Shown: positions 35,832 through 45,038 of the stretch, in pieces
Numbering within the stretch: position 1 is the first letter of the stretch
How the letters are laid out: every line of letters begins with the position of its first letter
Origin: Candidatus Aminicenantes bacterium
GTDB taxonomy: Bacteria > Acidobacteriota > Aminicenantia > Aminicenantales > Saccharicenantaceae
Length of the DNA: 64,000 nt
Direction of reading: 5' to 3'
Assembly: GCA_963743205.1 (NCBI GenBank)
Contig: CAVUOW010000005.1
Span: forward strand, 254,650 to 318,649
Made by a program: the position numbers and the translations under genes
The notes under the pieces: model-generated
Told to the model about the DNA's origin: nothing
Database searches by the model: none
Seen by the model: only the letters and a program-made list of their open reading frames with translations

Positions 35832-37178
35832 TCAGGACGGCTCCCCCAGATCCAGGCCGTAGTCCTTGATCTTCTTATCCAGGGTCGGGCGGCTGATCTG
35901 GAGGATCTGGCTGGCCCGGGTCTTGCTCCCGTGGACGGCGCTGAGCACGTGCTGGATGTATTTCTTCTCGACCTCTTCGAGCGGCACGAGATCGTCGGAG
36001 AAGGTCCGCCGCTCGTCCGGCTCCACGGGCAGGTTCTCCTTGAGCAGGACGTCCCCCTTGGCCAGGATGACCGCCCGGGTCAGGGCGTTCTCGAGCTCGC
36101 GGACGTTCCCTCGCCAGGGCAGGTCGATGAGCGTCTTCATCACCTCCGGCGGGACCTTGCGGACGTTGCGCCGCAGCTCCCGATTGATCTTTTCGAGCAG
36201 ATAGGCCACGAGGTCGGGGATGTCCTCGCGCCTGTCCCGCAGCGGCGGCAGCGTGATCTCGACGACCTTGAGCCGGTAATAGAGGTCTTCCCGGAAGCGG
36301 CCCTTGTCGATCAGGGCCTTCAGGTTCTGGTTGGTGGCGGCGATGATGCGGGCCTCGGTCTTGAGCACCCTCTCCCCGCCGACCTTCATGAAATCCCTGG
36401 ACTCGATGACCCGCAGGAGCTTGCTCTGGAGGTTGGGCGAAACGTCGCCGACCTCGTCCAGGAAGAGCGTCCCCTTCCCGGCGATCTCGAACTTGCCCTT
36501 GGTCTCGCTGACGGCGTCGGTGAAGGCGCCCTTGACGTGGCCGAAGAGCTCCGATTCGAGCAGGGTGTCCTGGATGGCCGAGCAGTTGATGACGATGAAC
36601 GGCTCGTCCCGGAAGGGGCTGTGGTAGTGGATGGCCTTGGCCACGAGCTCCTTGCCCGTGCCGCTGTCCCCCTGGATGAGGACGTTGGTCCGGGTGTTGG
36701 CCACGGAGCCGATGATCTTGAAGACGCCCCGCATCCCGCCCGACCGGCCGATGATGTTGTCGATCGTATATTCTTTCTGCCGCTCCTCGACCAGGTAGCT
36801 GACTCTCTCTTCGAGGGCCCGGACCTGGAAGGCCTTGTCGATGGCCAGCTCGAGCTCGGTCATGTTGAGCGGCTTGACCAGGTACTCGAAGGCGCCGAGC
36901 TTGATCGCCTCGACCGTCGTCTTCATGTCGTCGAAGGCGGTCATGACCAGGATGACGGCCCGGCGGTTGCGCTCCCGGATCCGCCGCAGGACCTCCAGCC
37001 CGTCGATGTCGGGCAGGCGGACGTCGAGGAGCACGAGATCGGGCGCGGACTCGGCGAAAGCCGTGACGCCGCCCTCCCCCGTATCGGCCGCGGTGACGTC
37101 GAAGCCCTTCTTGGCCAGCTGGGAGGCCAGGGTCTTGCGGACGAGCGGGTCGTCCTCGACGATCAGGATGGATCTCAT
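35832..37178 (-). CDS. sigma54-dependent response regulator (NtrC family bEBP)
   Basis: Start MRSILIVEDDP after GGAGGAGG; the N-terminal extension of track ORF 35832..37427 is rejected. REC domain; AAA+ domain with GDSGTGKE and GAFTDA (GAFTGA-like); C-terminal Fis-type HTH. The ATG overlaps the kinase stop (ATGA). Confidence 0.9.
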   Translation of the reverse strand: MRSILIVEDDPLVRKTLASQLAKKGFDVTAADTGEGGVTAFAESAPDLVLLDVRLPDIDGLEVLRRIRERNRRAVILVMTAFDDMKTTVEAIKLGAFEYLVKPLNMTELELAIDKAFQVRALEERVSYLVEERQKEYTIDNIIGRSGGMRGVFKIIGSVANTRTNVLIQGDSGTGKELVAKAIHYHSPFRDEPFIVINCSAIQDTLLESELFGHVKGAFTDAVSETKGKFEIAGKGTLFLDEVGDVSPNLQSKLLRVIESRDFMKVGGERVLKTEARIIAATNQNLKALIDKGRFREDLYYRLKVVEITLPPLRDRREDIPDLVAYLLEKINRELRRNVRKVPPEVMKTLIDLPWRGNVRELENALTRAVILAKGDVLLKENLPVEPDERRTFSDDLVPLEEVEKKYIQHVLSAVHGSKTRASQILQISRPTLDKKIKDYGLDLGEPS

Positions 37179-38631
37179 ATCGCCTCCTCCGCCGGAATGA
37201 GGATCACGAACGCGCTGCCCCGGCCCCTCTTCTTGCCGACCGCGATCGTGCCGCTGTGCTGCTCGACGATCTTGCGGGCGTTGGCCAGGCCGAGACCGAA
37301 GCCGGAGGGCTTGGTCGTATAGAACGGCTCGAAGATGTTCGGCCGGTCCTTCTCCGCGATGCCCGGTCCGTTGTCGGCGATCCTCACCCGGACCATCGTC
37401 CGCCCGCCCTCGGCGACCGTATCGCACGTGATGCTGATCTTCCCTCCGGACCCGAGGGCCTCATGGGCGTTGCGGAGCAGGTTGAGGAACACCTGGCGCA
37501 GCTTGTCGGCGTCGGCCAGGATGGGCGGCAGGTTCCCGCTGCAGGCCCTCTCGACGACGATATTCTTCTGGGCCAGAGCGTCCTTGATCATCTTGAGCGA
37601 TTCGTCGACGACCTGTTCGATCGGCCAGCGCTCCAGGGCGAGCTCCTGGACCCGGGTGAAGTTGAGCAGCTCCTTGATGAACCGCTCGATCTGGTCGATG
37701 CCCTCGAGCGACAGGCCGAGATGGGCCTTGACCGTTTCGGCGAAGCCCTCCTCCTCGGCGATCTTCTGGACGTTCAGCTTGACCGAAGTCAGGGGGTTGC
37801 GGATCTCGTGGGCGATCGTGGCCGCCATGCGGCCGATCGAGGCCAGCTTCTCGTGTTGGACCAGACGGCGGTTGGCATCGTCCATCCTCTCCCGGGCCTG
37901 GAGGAGCTGGGAGGTCATGTCGTTGAAGCTCCGGGCCAGGTCTCCGACCTCGTCCCGGGAGGTATCGACGATGGCTTGGGAAAGATCGCCGTGGGCGATC
38001 CGGACCGTCCCGTCGACGAGCCGGTGGATGGGCCGGGTGATGCGCCGCGCCAGGATGGCCGCCCCGGCGATGCCGATCAGGAAGCCGCCGATGCCGATGA
38101 GCAGGAGCACCTTCTGGATCTCGCGCAGCCGGTCGTACATGGGCTCGAGGGACAGGCCGATCTTGACCGATCCCCAGGGGGGCCGGCCGCCGGGGAAAAG
38201 GCGGAGACCTCGACCTCGAGGACGCGGACCGGCTCGCCGCCGAGGACCAGGCGCCTCATCACCGACGCGGTTTCCTGGGGAGTCATGGGATCCTCAAGAA
38301 GGCTGGTGGAGACCAGCCCGCCTTGGGGCTGCATGAGTCTGTTCCATGCGGTGGGCCTGCCAAAGCGGTCGTAGACGACGATGTAGGCCACGTCCCCCGT
38401 ACAGTGACCGTCGACATAATTCTGGATGGCCTGCGAGTCTCCGCGGGAGAGGTTCTGGATGTTGGCATCGGCCATGTAGCGGGCCTGGAGAAACGCGCGG
38501 GCTTCCGTCTCGTCCTGGAGGATCTTAGCCTCCCGGATCTGGATGACGAACAGGACCGCGCCGAAGAGCAGGAAGACGAGCAGGGTGATCCAGAAGACGA
38601 GCCGCGTGTAGATCGAGATCTTCAGCTTCAC
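37175..38631 (-). CDS. Sensor histidine kinase (2 TM, extracytoplasmic domain, HAMP, HisKA, HATPase); frameshift in the run at 38177-38182
   Basis: Track ORFs 38077..38631 (GTG start, TM plus sensor domain) and 37175..38140 (HAMP ...HGDLSQ; H-box AATIAHEIRNPL; N and G boxes). They join as ...VEVSAFSPAAG/PPWGSVKIGLSLEPMYDRL across a C6 run on the coding strand. Confidence 0.85.
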
Positions 38632-38639
38632 CGGTCTTC

Positions 38640-40253
38640 TCAGTTCCCCAGCCAGATGTCCTTGACGTTGAGGAAGATGAATCCCATGGCCGGGACCTGC
38701 AGGCCCCGCACCTGGGACTGGATGGCGATGCGGATCCTTTCGGAGAAGAGGGGGACGGCGGGGACCTCGTCGTAGAGGACCTTTTCGATCTCCCGGAACA
38801 GGCCGGTCCGCCGCTCCCAGCTCGTCTCGGCCTCAGACTGCTCGAGCAGGGCGTCCAGCCGCGGATTGGCGTATCGGGAATTGAGCGCATTCGCGGCGGA
38901 CCCGGACCGGTAGAGCGGGCCGATGATGTTCTCCGGGTCCGGGAAGTCCATGTTATAGATCAGGAATTTCACGTAGGGCGTGCGGATGTCCCGGGCATCC
39001 TCGGGCTTGCGCAAATACTTCACGGCGATCTTGATCCCCAGAGTGCCGAGCTCCCGTTCGAGCTCGCGGGCGAAGCCGCTCGATTCGTCCGTTTTGGGAC
39101 CGTCACAGAGAAGCGTCAGGGTCAGGGCCTTTCGTCCGCCGTCCGGCAGCAGCCGGTCGAGAAGGAGCTTGGCCGTATCGGGATCTGTGAACGGGCCGGC
39201 CGCCTTGGGAAAAAAACCCGGCAGGAGGGGCGGGATGTAATTGTTCAGGACTTGATGGAGGGTCGCCGGCGAGTCACAGGCCGCCGCCAAGCGGGCCTTG
39301 TCGAGCCCCAGGGCCAAGGCCTTGCGGACCTCCGGACGGTCGAGAGGAGCGACGTCGCAGCTGAAAGCCAGGAGATAGGATTTCAGGGTGTTGTTCTCGA
39401 GAATGGGGAATTCCTTGCGGAGCATCTTATCGGAGGTCACCGAGATGAGGTGGATGCTGCCCGACTCGAACTGCTCGTCGGTGAAATCGGGACTGTATTC
39501 GAGGGCCGCCAGGTAGGGTTGGCGGTCATAATAAGAAGAATTCCGCTCCAGCCGGACACCGAGGATGTCGAGCCGCGGGCTCCGCAGCCACTCCTCGAAC
39601 TTGAAGGGCCCGGTGCCCACGGGTTTCTGGAAGAAGCTCCGGCCCTGGCCCTCGAGAAGGTCTTTCGGGAGGATCTTGCAGTAGTACATCCCCAGGAGAT
39701 AGAGCCCCGAGACGTAGGGCCGGACCCAACGGATCTCGAAGGTCAAGGGATCGATCACCCGGAACCCCGTGACCTCGGTCGCTTTGCCCTGCCAAAACTC
39801 CTCCGCGCCGACGACCTTGCCGACGAAGTGCTGGTACGTTGTGTTGTCCGGCCTCTTCCGGACCAGCCGCTCGAGCGAATACTTGACGTCGTCGGCCGTG
39901 AGTTCGCGTCCGTTGTGGAAGCGGACCCCCTTGCGGAGGTAGAAGGTGATGCGGGTCTTGTCTTCGGAGGTCATCCAGTACTCGGCCAGGGCGGGCGTGG
40001 GGTTGAATCGGGCGTCGAACCGGACCAGGCCGTCAAAGAGCTGTTCGGTGATGAAGTAATGGGACGGACCGGCCGGATCGAAGACCTGGTTGAAGGGGGT
40101 GTAATAGCCCTTGATCCGGAACGTCCCGCCGTATCGCGGGGCCGCCGAGGGCTGCCCGGAGCCGGGCTGAGCCAATGGCCCCGGCTGAACGGCGGCCAGG
40201 AGAACGAGCAGCGACAGGGGCAGGATGCGCGCGCGGCCGGAGGTGATCGTCAA
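38640..40253 (-). CDS. ABC-type substrate-binding protein, family 5 (peptide/nickel-like)
   Basis: 537 aa, TTG start, signal peptide. Typical SBP_bac_5 N-terminus GGTFRIKGYYTPFNQVFDP. 8 nt upstream of the kinase gene. Confidence 0.8.
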   Translation of the reverse strand: MTITSGRARILPLSLLVLLAAVQPGPLAQPGSGQPSAAPRYGGTFRIKGYYTPFNQVFDPAGPSHYFITEQLFDGLVRFDARFNPTPALAEYWMTSEDKTRITFYLRKGVRFHNGRELTADDVKYSLERLVRKRPDNTTYQHFVGKVVGAEEFWQGKATEVTGFRVIDPLTFEIRWVRPYVSGLYLLGMYYCKILPKDLLEGQGRSFFQKPVGTGPFKFEEWLRSPRLDILGVRLERNSSYYDRQPYLAALEYSPDFTDEQFESGSIHLISVTSDKMLRKEFPILENNTLKSYLLAFSCDVAPLDRPEVRKALALGLDKARLAAACDSPATLHQVLNNYIPPLLPGFFPKAAGPFTDPDTAKLLLDRLLPDGGRKALTLTLLCDGPKTDESSGFARELERELGTLGIKIAVKYLRKPEDARDIRTPYVKFLIYNMDFPDPENIIGPLYRSGSAANALNSRYANPRLDALLEQSEAETSWERRTGLFREIEKVLYDEVPAVPLFSERIRIAIQSQVRGLQVPAMGFIFLNVKDIWLGN

Positions 40254-40314
40254 GACGCCCTCATGATAACGAAAAAGGCCTTAAAATGCACATTCCCCAT
40301 CCCGTCCCAAGCGG

Positions 40315-40330
40315 AGCAAGGAACGTGCCA
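40315..40330 (-). promoter_or_regulatory. sigma54 promoter (consensus-perfect)
   Basis: Minus strand reads TGGCACGTTCCTTGCT, matching TGGCACG-N4-TTGCW. About 60 nt upstream of the binding-protein start. Confidence 0.7.
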
Positions 40331-40429
40331 CAGCAAGAATTCTATAGTCCAAAGATAATAAATGAAATACGAGCCTTGACGGTCCGGCGACGTAAATTTG
40401 CTTTACGCGCCCCGACGAAGCCGCGGGGC

Positions 40430-41671
40430 TTATTTTCCGGCGAGCGCGATGATCTTGTCGAAGACCCGGAAGAAGTTCCCGCCCCAGATCTTCTCGATCT
40501 CGCGATCGGTATAGCCGCGGCGGATGAGCTCTTCGGTCACATGGATCATGCCGCTGACGTCGTCGCAACCGACGACCCCGCCGCCGCCGTCGAAATCGGT
40601 GCCGATGCCGACATAATCGATGCCGACGACCTTCCGGACGTGATCGATGTGGTCGACGAGGTCCTTGACCGTCGGCCGGACCTGGGGAAACTTCTGATTG
40701 ATCGCGTCGCGCTCGGCCATGGCCTTGGCCCGGAGAGCGTCGTCACGAATGTCGCGCGGATTGCCGTACTTCGATTCCATCTCCTTGAGCGCCTGCTCGC
40801 GCTCGGGGATGACCGGCGGGGTCTTGACATAGGCGCCGAGGAAACAGATCTGGATAACGCCGCCGTTCTTGGCCAGGGCCCGGAGCTGGTCGTCGGTCAG
40901 GTTCCGGGGATTGTCGCAGACGGCCCGGGCACTCGAATGGGAGGCGATGATCGGGGCCTTGGACGCGGCCAGGACGTCGAAGAACGACCTCTCCGAGGCG
41001 TGCGAGATGTCGACGATCATGCCCAGGCGGTTGCATTCGGCCACGACCTTCCGGCCGAAGTCGCTGAGGCCCTTGTCCTGGGGGTCCCGGCGGTCCGTCG
41101 AGGAATCGCAGATATCGTTGTCGGAGGAATGGCAGAGCGTGATGTAGCGGACGTCGTTGTCGTAGAAGAGCTTGACCAGCGCCAGGTCGCGACCGATGGG
41201 ATAGCCGTTCTCGAGGCCGATGAAGGCCGTGAGCTTGCCGTCCTTCTTGAGCCGGCGGGCGCCCGCCGGATCGACGGCCAGTCCGATCATCGAAGGATAG
41301 TCCTGCGTCATCTTGTGGACGGCCGCGACGGCGCGAAGGGCGCTGTCCTTGGCCTTGGCGTAGGCCTCGGGGGTCAGAGGTCCCTGCCCGACGAAGGCGG
41401 CGAAGAACTCGGCGTCGAGGCCGCCCTCCTTCATCCGGGGCAGGTCGATCTTGCCGCTCGTCCGCAGAGCCGGGTCATGGCGGTCGCCGATCTTCCAGTC
41501 CGTCCTCAGCAAGCTGAAGGCGGTGTCACAATGGGTGTCGACGGTCAGGATCTTCTTATGAAGCTCTCCGGCCTTCTCCTCCACCGTCAAGGGCGTCTTG
41601 GCGACGGTGCAAGCGAACGCGGCCAGGACAAGGGCGAGGCAGAGTACGGCACAGACGCGATGATTCTTCAT
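40430..41671 (-). CDS. Membrane dipeptidase (M19 family), exported
   Basis: 413 aa. ...VDTHCDTAF, DISHASERSFFDVL, IASHSSARAVCDNPRNLTDDQL, GIGTDFDGGGG. Confidence 0.85.
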   Translation of the reverse strand: MKNHRVCAVLCLALVLAAFACTVAKTPLTVEEKAGELHKKILTVDTHCDTAFSLLRTDWKIGDRHDPALRTSGKIDLPRMKEGGLDAEFFAAFVGQGPLTPEAYAKAKDSALRAVAAVHKMTQDYPSMIGLAVDPAGARRLKKDGKLTAFIGLENGYPIGRDLALVKLFYDNDVRYITLCHSSDNDICDSSTDRRDPQDKGLSDFGRKVVAECNRLGMIVDISHASERSFFDVLAASKAPIIASHSSARAVCDNPRNLTDDQLRALAKNGGVIQICFLGAYVKTPPVIPEREQALKEMESKYGNPRDIRDDALRAKAMAERDAINQKFPQVRPTVKDLVDHIDHVRKVVGIDYVGIGTDFDGGGGVVGCDDVSGMIHVTEELIRRGYTDREIEKIWGGNFFRVFDKIIALAGK

Positions 41672-41778
41672 GGCTGCTCCTTCGAGACCCTCGAGTCGAA
41701 CATCCCCCCGCTGGTGAAAAGGCCGGTCGCGGCGCGCATTTGACGCGCATTATAGCAGAAAAGTGTCGAGTACACTGA

Positions 41779-41896
41779 TTCGGTGACACACAACTAAATA
41801 CACTTAATTCCTCTCCAGGTTTTGATTGCTCCCGTTAATTTCAAACGGCCTGTATTTCTATCGATAATAAAGTGTATTTAGTTGTGTGTCACCGAA
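41779..41896. mobile_element. MITE-like element with perfect 27-bp terminal inverted repeats
   Basis: TTCGGTGACACACAACTAAATACACTT (41779-41805) is the exact reverse complement of 41870-41896. 64-nt AT-rich core, no ORF. Intergenic, between the dipeptidase start and the permease stop. Confidence 0.7.
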
Positions 41897-41911
41897 TTTC
41901 GGACAGCCCCC

Positions 41912-43270
41912 CTAATCGTGGCTTAGCGCGACGACGGGGTCGACGCGGGCGGCCCGCCGGGCCGGATAGATGCCGGAGACGAGGCTGACAAGGAGCGAGA
42001 AGCCGACGGCCCCGAGGAAGATCCAGAACGGGAAGGCGAAGTAATTGACGAACGGCAGGCCCTGCCGGGCCAGATAGAAGTTGACCACCCGGTTGATGAC
42101 GAGGCTCGTCACCCAACCCAGGACGCAGCCGGCCGCCCCCCCCGCAAACCCGATGGCCCCCGATTCGAAGAAGAAGATCGTCCGGATGTCCCGGTCCCCC
42201 GCCCCGACGGCCTTCATGATGCCGATCTCCCGGAAGCGCTCCAGGATGGACATGACCATGGTGTTGACGATGCCCAGGGCGGCGACGATGATGGCGATCA
42301 TGCCGACCGCGGCCAGGACCATGTCCATGATGTAGAAAGCGCGGGTGATCTCGGCGAACTGGTCGGCCAGGGCGAAGGTCGCGTAGCCCATGTCGTGGAC
42401 CTTGGATCTGACGGCATCGAGGTCCCCGAGCGACCCGAGCTTGACCGTGACGGCCGAATAGCCCAGCCGCCCGCCCTTCATCCGGAAGAGGTCCCAGATG
42501 CTGGTGATCGGAAGCCGCTTGATCCGTCCGGCGGGGCCGGGCGGGATCAGCACGCCGCTCTCGGTCAAGTTGGCCTCCCCTCCGAACGGGGCGACATCGG
42601 TGACGCCGAGGATCGGAAAATCATAGGACTCCCGGGCCAGCGGCGACGCGGTGCCCGAGAGGATCGAGCCGAGGTCGAGCGTCGCCAACCGGCCGAGATC
42701 GACGGAGACCGAGGTGATGCGGATCGTCTTGCCCACGGCCGAAGCCGGGTCGGCCGCGCCCATCCGCCGCAGCAGGGACCGGCTGACGACGACGCCCGCC
42801 TCCTCGTCGGAAGCATAGGCCCGTCCCCAAGCGATCTTCATGGAGCGCGAGGACGCGACGGCCGCCGGGAGGACCTGGACGAGCCGCAGCTCTTCCGCGC
42901 CCTCGTAGCCGACCATGGCCGGGAAGCTGATGTCCGGATAGGCCCTCAGGACGCCGGGGATCTTCGCGATCGCGGCCACAGCCTGGTCGTCGAGTACGAC
43001 GTCCGGACGGGCGGAAACCTTCGCCCGGGGCCTTTGACGGTCCGGATCGCCGGCCGGGGGCTCCGCGCCGCCGGGCATGACCACGAGGGTCGAGAGGAGA
43101 TCGGAAGACTTAAAGGCCTGGGTGACGTTCTTCTGCATGCCCTTGCCGAAGGAGATCATCGAAACGAGCGCCCCGATACCGATCATCACCCCCGAGGCCG
43201 TAAGGAATGTCCGCAGCCGCCTCTTCCGAAGGCTGCCCAGGGCGAACTCGACGGCGTCGGCGAATCTCAT
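41912..43270 (-). CDS. ABC transporter permease, FtsX/MacB/LolCE type
   Basis: 452 aa. N-terminal TM, large extracytoplasmic loop, C-terminal FtsX-like 3-TM bundle. Confidence 0.8.
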   Translation of the reverse strand: MRFADAVEFALGSLRKRRLRTFLTASGVMIGIGALVSMISFGKGMQKNVTQAFKSSDLLSTLVVMPGGAEPPAGDPDRQRPRAKVSARPDVVLDDQAVAAIAKIPGVLRAYPDISFPAMVGYEGAEELRLVQVLPAAVASSRSMKIAWGRAYASDEEAGVVVSRSLLRRMGAADPASAVGKTIRITSVSVDLGRLATLDLGSILSGTASPLARESYDFPILGVTDVAPFGGEANLTESGVLIPPGPAGRIKRLPITSIWDLFRMKGGRLGYSAVTVKLGSLGDLDAVRSKVHDMGYATFALADQFAEITRAFYIMDMVLAAVGMIAIIVAALGIVNTMVMSILERFREIGIMKAVGAGDRDIRTIFFFESGAIGFAGGAAGCVLGWVTSLVINRVVNFYLARQGLPFVNYFAFPFWIFLGAVGFSLLVSLVSGIYPARRAARVDPVVALSHD

Positions 43271-43971
43271 GCCGGACTCTCCGGGGCCACAATGCGTCCG
43301 TCCCGGAGGCGGACGATCTCGCGGGCGAATTCGCGGACAAGCCCCTCCTCGTGGGAGACCATGATGATCGTCAGGTTCTGATCGCGGTTGAGCCCGGCGA
43401 GCAGGCCGACGATCTCCCGTGAGGTCCGGCTGTCGAGGTTCCCAGTCGGCTCGTCGGCGAGAAGGATCCGGGGACCGTTGGCCAGGGCCCGAGCCACGGC
43501 CACCCGTTGCTGCTCCCCGCCCGAAAGCTCTGGCGGCCTGTGGTTGGCCCTATGGGCGAGCCCGACCTTGTCGAGGAGCTCGGCGGCCCGCCGCTTCCTC
43601 TCCGTCCTGTTGACTCCCGCGAAGACGAGGGGCAGCTCGACGTTCTCGAGGGCGGTCCTGGCCGCGACAAGATTGAAGGACTGGAAGATCATGCCGGCCG
43701 CAAACCTCCGGTACCGGGCCAGCGCCTCGCGGTCCATGGCCGAAACGAGCGCCCCGCCGACCTCGATCGTCCCGGCGCTCGGCGTGTCCAGCCCGCCGAG
43801 GAGGTTGAGGAGGGTCGATTTGCCCGATCCCGAGGCCCCGGTGACGGCCAGGAAGCTCCCTTCGGGGACGGCCAAGGTGACGTCGGCCAGGGCGGCTACC
43901 CGGACGTCGCCGACGAGATAGGTCTTGGAGAGCGACCGGGTCTCGATGAGGGGCGGCGCAGGCGGGTTCAT
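43267..43971 (-). CDS. ABC transporter ATP-binding protein (MacB/LolD type)
   Basis: GASGSGKSTLLNLLGG, LSGGEQQRVAVARAL, LLADEPTGNLD. 4-nt overlaps with both neighbouring genes. Confidence 0.9.
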   Translation of the reverse strand: MNPPAPPLIETRSLSKTYLVGDVRVAALADVTLAVPEGSFLAVTGASGSGKSTLLNLLGGLDTPSAGTIEVGGALVSAMDREALARYRRFAAGMIFQSFNLVAARTALENVELPLVFAGVNRTERKRRAAELLDKVGLAHRANHRPPELSGGEQQRVAVARALANGPRILLADEPTGNLDSRTSREIVGLLAGLNRDQNLTIIMVSHEEGLVREFAREIVRLRDGRIVAPESPA

Positions 43972-44942
43972 CGGCCCTGCTGAACGCCCCGCGCCAGGAC
44001 ATAGTGATTGGCGGCCAGGCCCGGTCTCGCTTTGAGGAAATCGACGACCCGAAAGCCGCGCGCGAAGAGGGCTTGGAAGACTTCGCGCGTGGCCATCCGC
44101 CAGTCGAGCGGGATACGGCTCACTCCGGCGTCGGGGACATCCGTCTCCTGGAGCATCCGGTAGAAATCCAAGGGAATGCGGACGAGCAGGACGTCGCCCG
44201 CGGCGCCGGGGGCGGTCCCTTCGACGACTTCGAGCTCGAGCTCCCCGCTCTTCCCCGGGATCCGTTGCGAGCCGGCCCTGATCGTCGCGGGCGCGGCCAA
44301 GGCCGCCTCGAGATCGTAGCCCGGGCGGCCGCCCGTCCTTTCGAGGTTCCAGGACATGAGGAAACGGTCCGTGGGCACGTCCGGCCGGTTGAGGAGGCCG
44401 CCGTACTCCCCGTAAGTCGCCACGCGGTACTCGAGGACTCCCATGCCGAAATGATGGACGTTGCGGTGGGCGTTGACGCCGGTGAGCGGGTCATAGGTGC
44501 AGATGATGGTCGAGACGCCGAGGAGGTCGAGGACCATCTCGCGCTGGTACTCCTTGAGCAGGATGCCGAGCCCGTAGCTCTGGAAGCCCGTCCGGACCCC
44601 GGCGTACTGGGCATAGAAGCGGAGATTTCCCGGGTCGCGAAAGCCGATGGCCTTGTCGCGGACGCCGACGAAGCCGTAGCAGAAGCCGACGAGGCGCGGG
44701 CCATCGGTCTCGAAGCCGCCGGCCTCCGATTCGGCGAAGGCCCCGATGAAGAGGCTGCCCCCTTCATGGAAGACGTTTTCGCACATCATGTTCCGGGTGC
44801 TGGACATATGATCGTCGGGATAGCCCCAGATCTCCTCGCGCAAGTCCTCATATTTCCCGTAGTCCGCGGATCGGTGGGAGGTCTCGACGCGCAGGAGGAA
44901 GCGCCTGTCCCGGACGGTGATCGTCTTTTCCAAGGGTCTCAT
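43968..44942 (-). CDS. Uncharacterised GNAT-fold-like protein (COG3375-like pattern)
   Basis: 324 aa. TYDPLTGVNAHRNVHHFGMGVLEYRVATYGEYGGLLNRPDVPTDRFLMSWNL resembles the DPL..NA..N..lG...Y...YG...sDRl..W pattern of predicted acetyltransferases. Assignment from memory only. Confidence 0.45.
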   Translation of the reverse strand: MRPLEKTITVRDRRFLLRVETSHRSADYGKYEDLREEIWGYPDDHMSSTRNMMCENVFHEGGSLFIGAFAESEAGGFETDGPRLVGFCYGFVGVRDKAIGFRDPGNLRFYAQYAGVRTGFQSYGLGILLKEYQREMVLDLLGVSTIICTYDPLTGVNAHRNVHHFGMGVLEYRVATYGEYGGLLNRPDVPTDRFLMSWNLERTGGRPGYDLEAALAAPATIRAGSQRIPGKSGELELEVVEGTAPGAAGDVLLVRIPLDFYRMLQETDVPDAGVSRIPLDWRMATREVFQALFARGFRVVDFLKARPGLAANHYVLARGVQQGR

Positions 44943-44995
44943 CGGAGCTCCGCCGCCATTCTAACCAAAGGCCCGGAACTGTTCAACCGCGCGTT

Positions 44996-45024
44996 TTGAC
45001 GCCCCCCCGGACATGCGATACAAT
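44996..45024 (+). promoter_or_regulatory. sigma70-type promoter
   Basis: TTGACG-N17-TACAAT, 15 nt before the ATG at 45039. Confidence 0.6.
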
Positions 45025-45038
45025 GAGGGACCGGAACC

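Noticed and set aside
35832-37427. N-terminal extensions suggested by the track: bEBP from 37427, TPR protein from 5007, GH2 from 56432, GlpA-like from 62793, CheY from 35727, SppA from 45568, OsmC frame from 47994.
   Set aside because: The extensions overlap upstream genes or are low-complexity. Internal starts with good GGAGG-type RBS and proper N-termini (REC domain, signal peptides, Rossmann GxGxxG) fit better.
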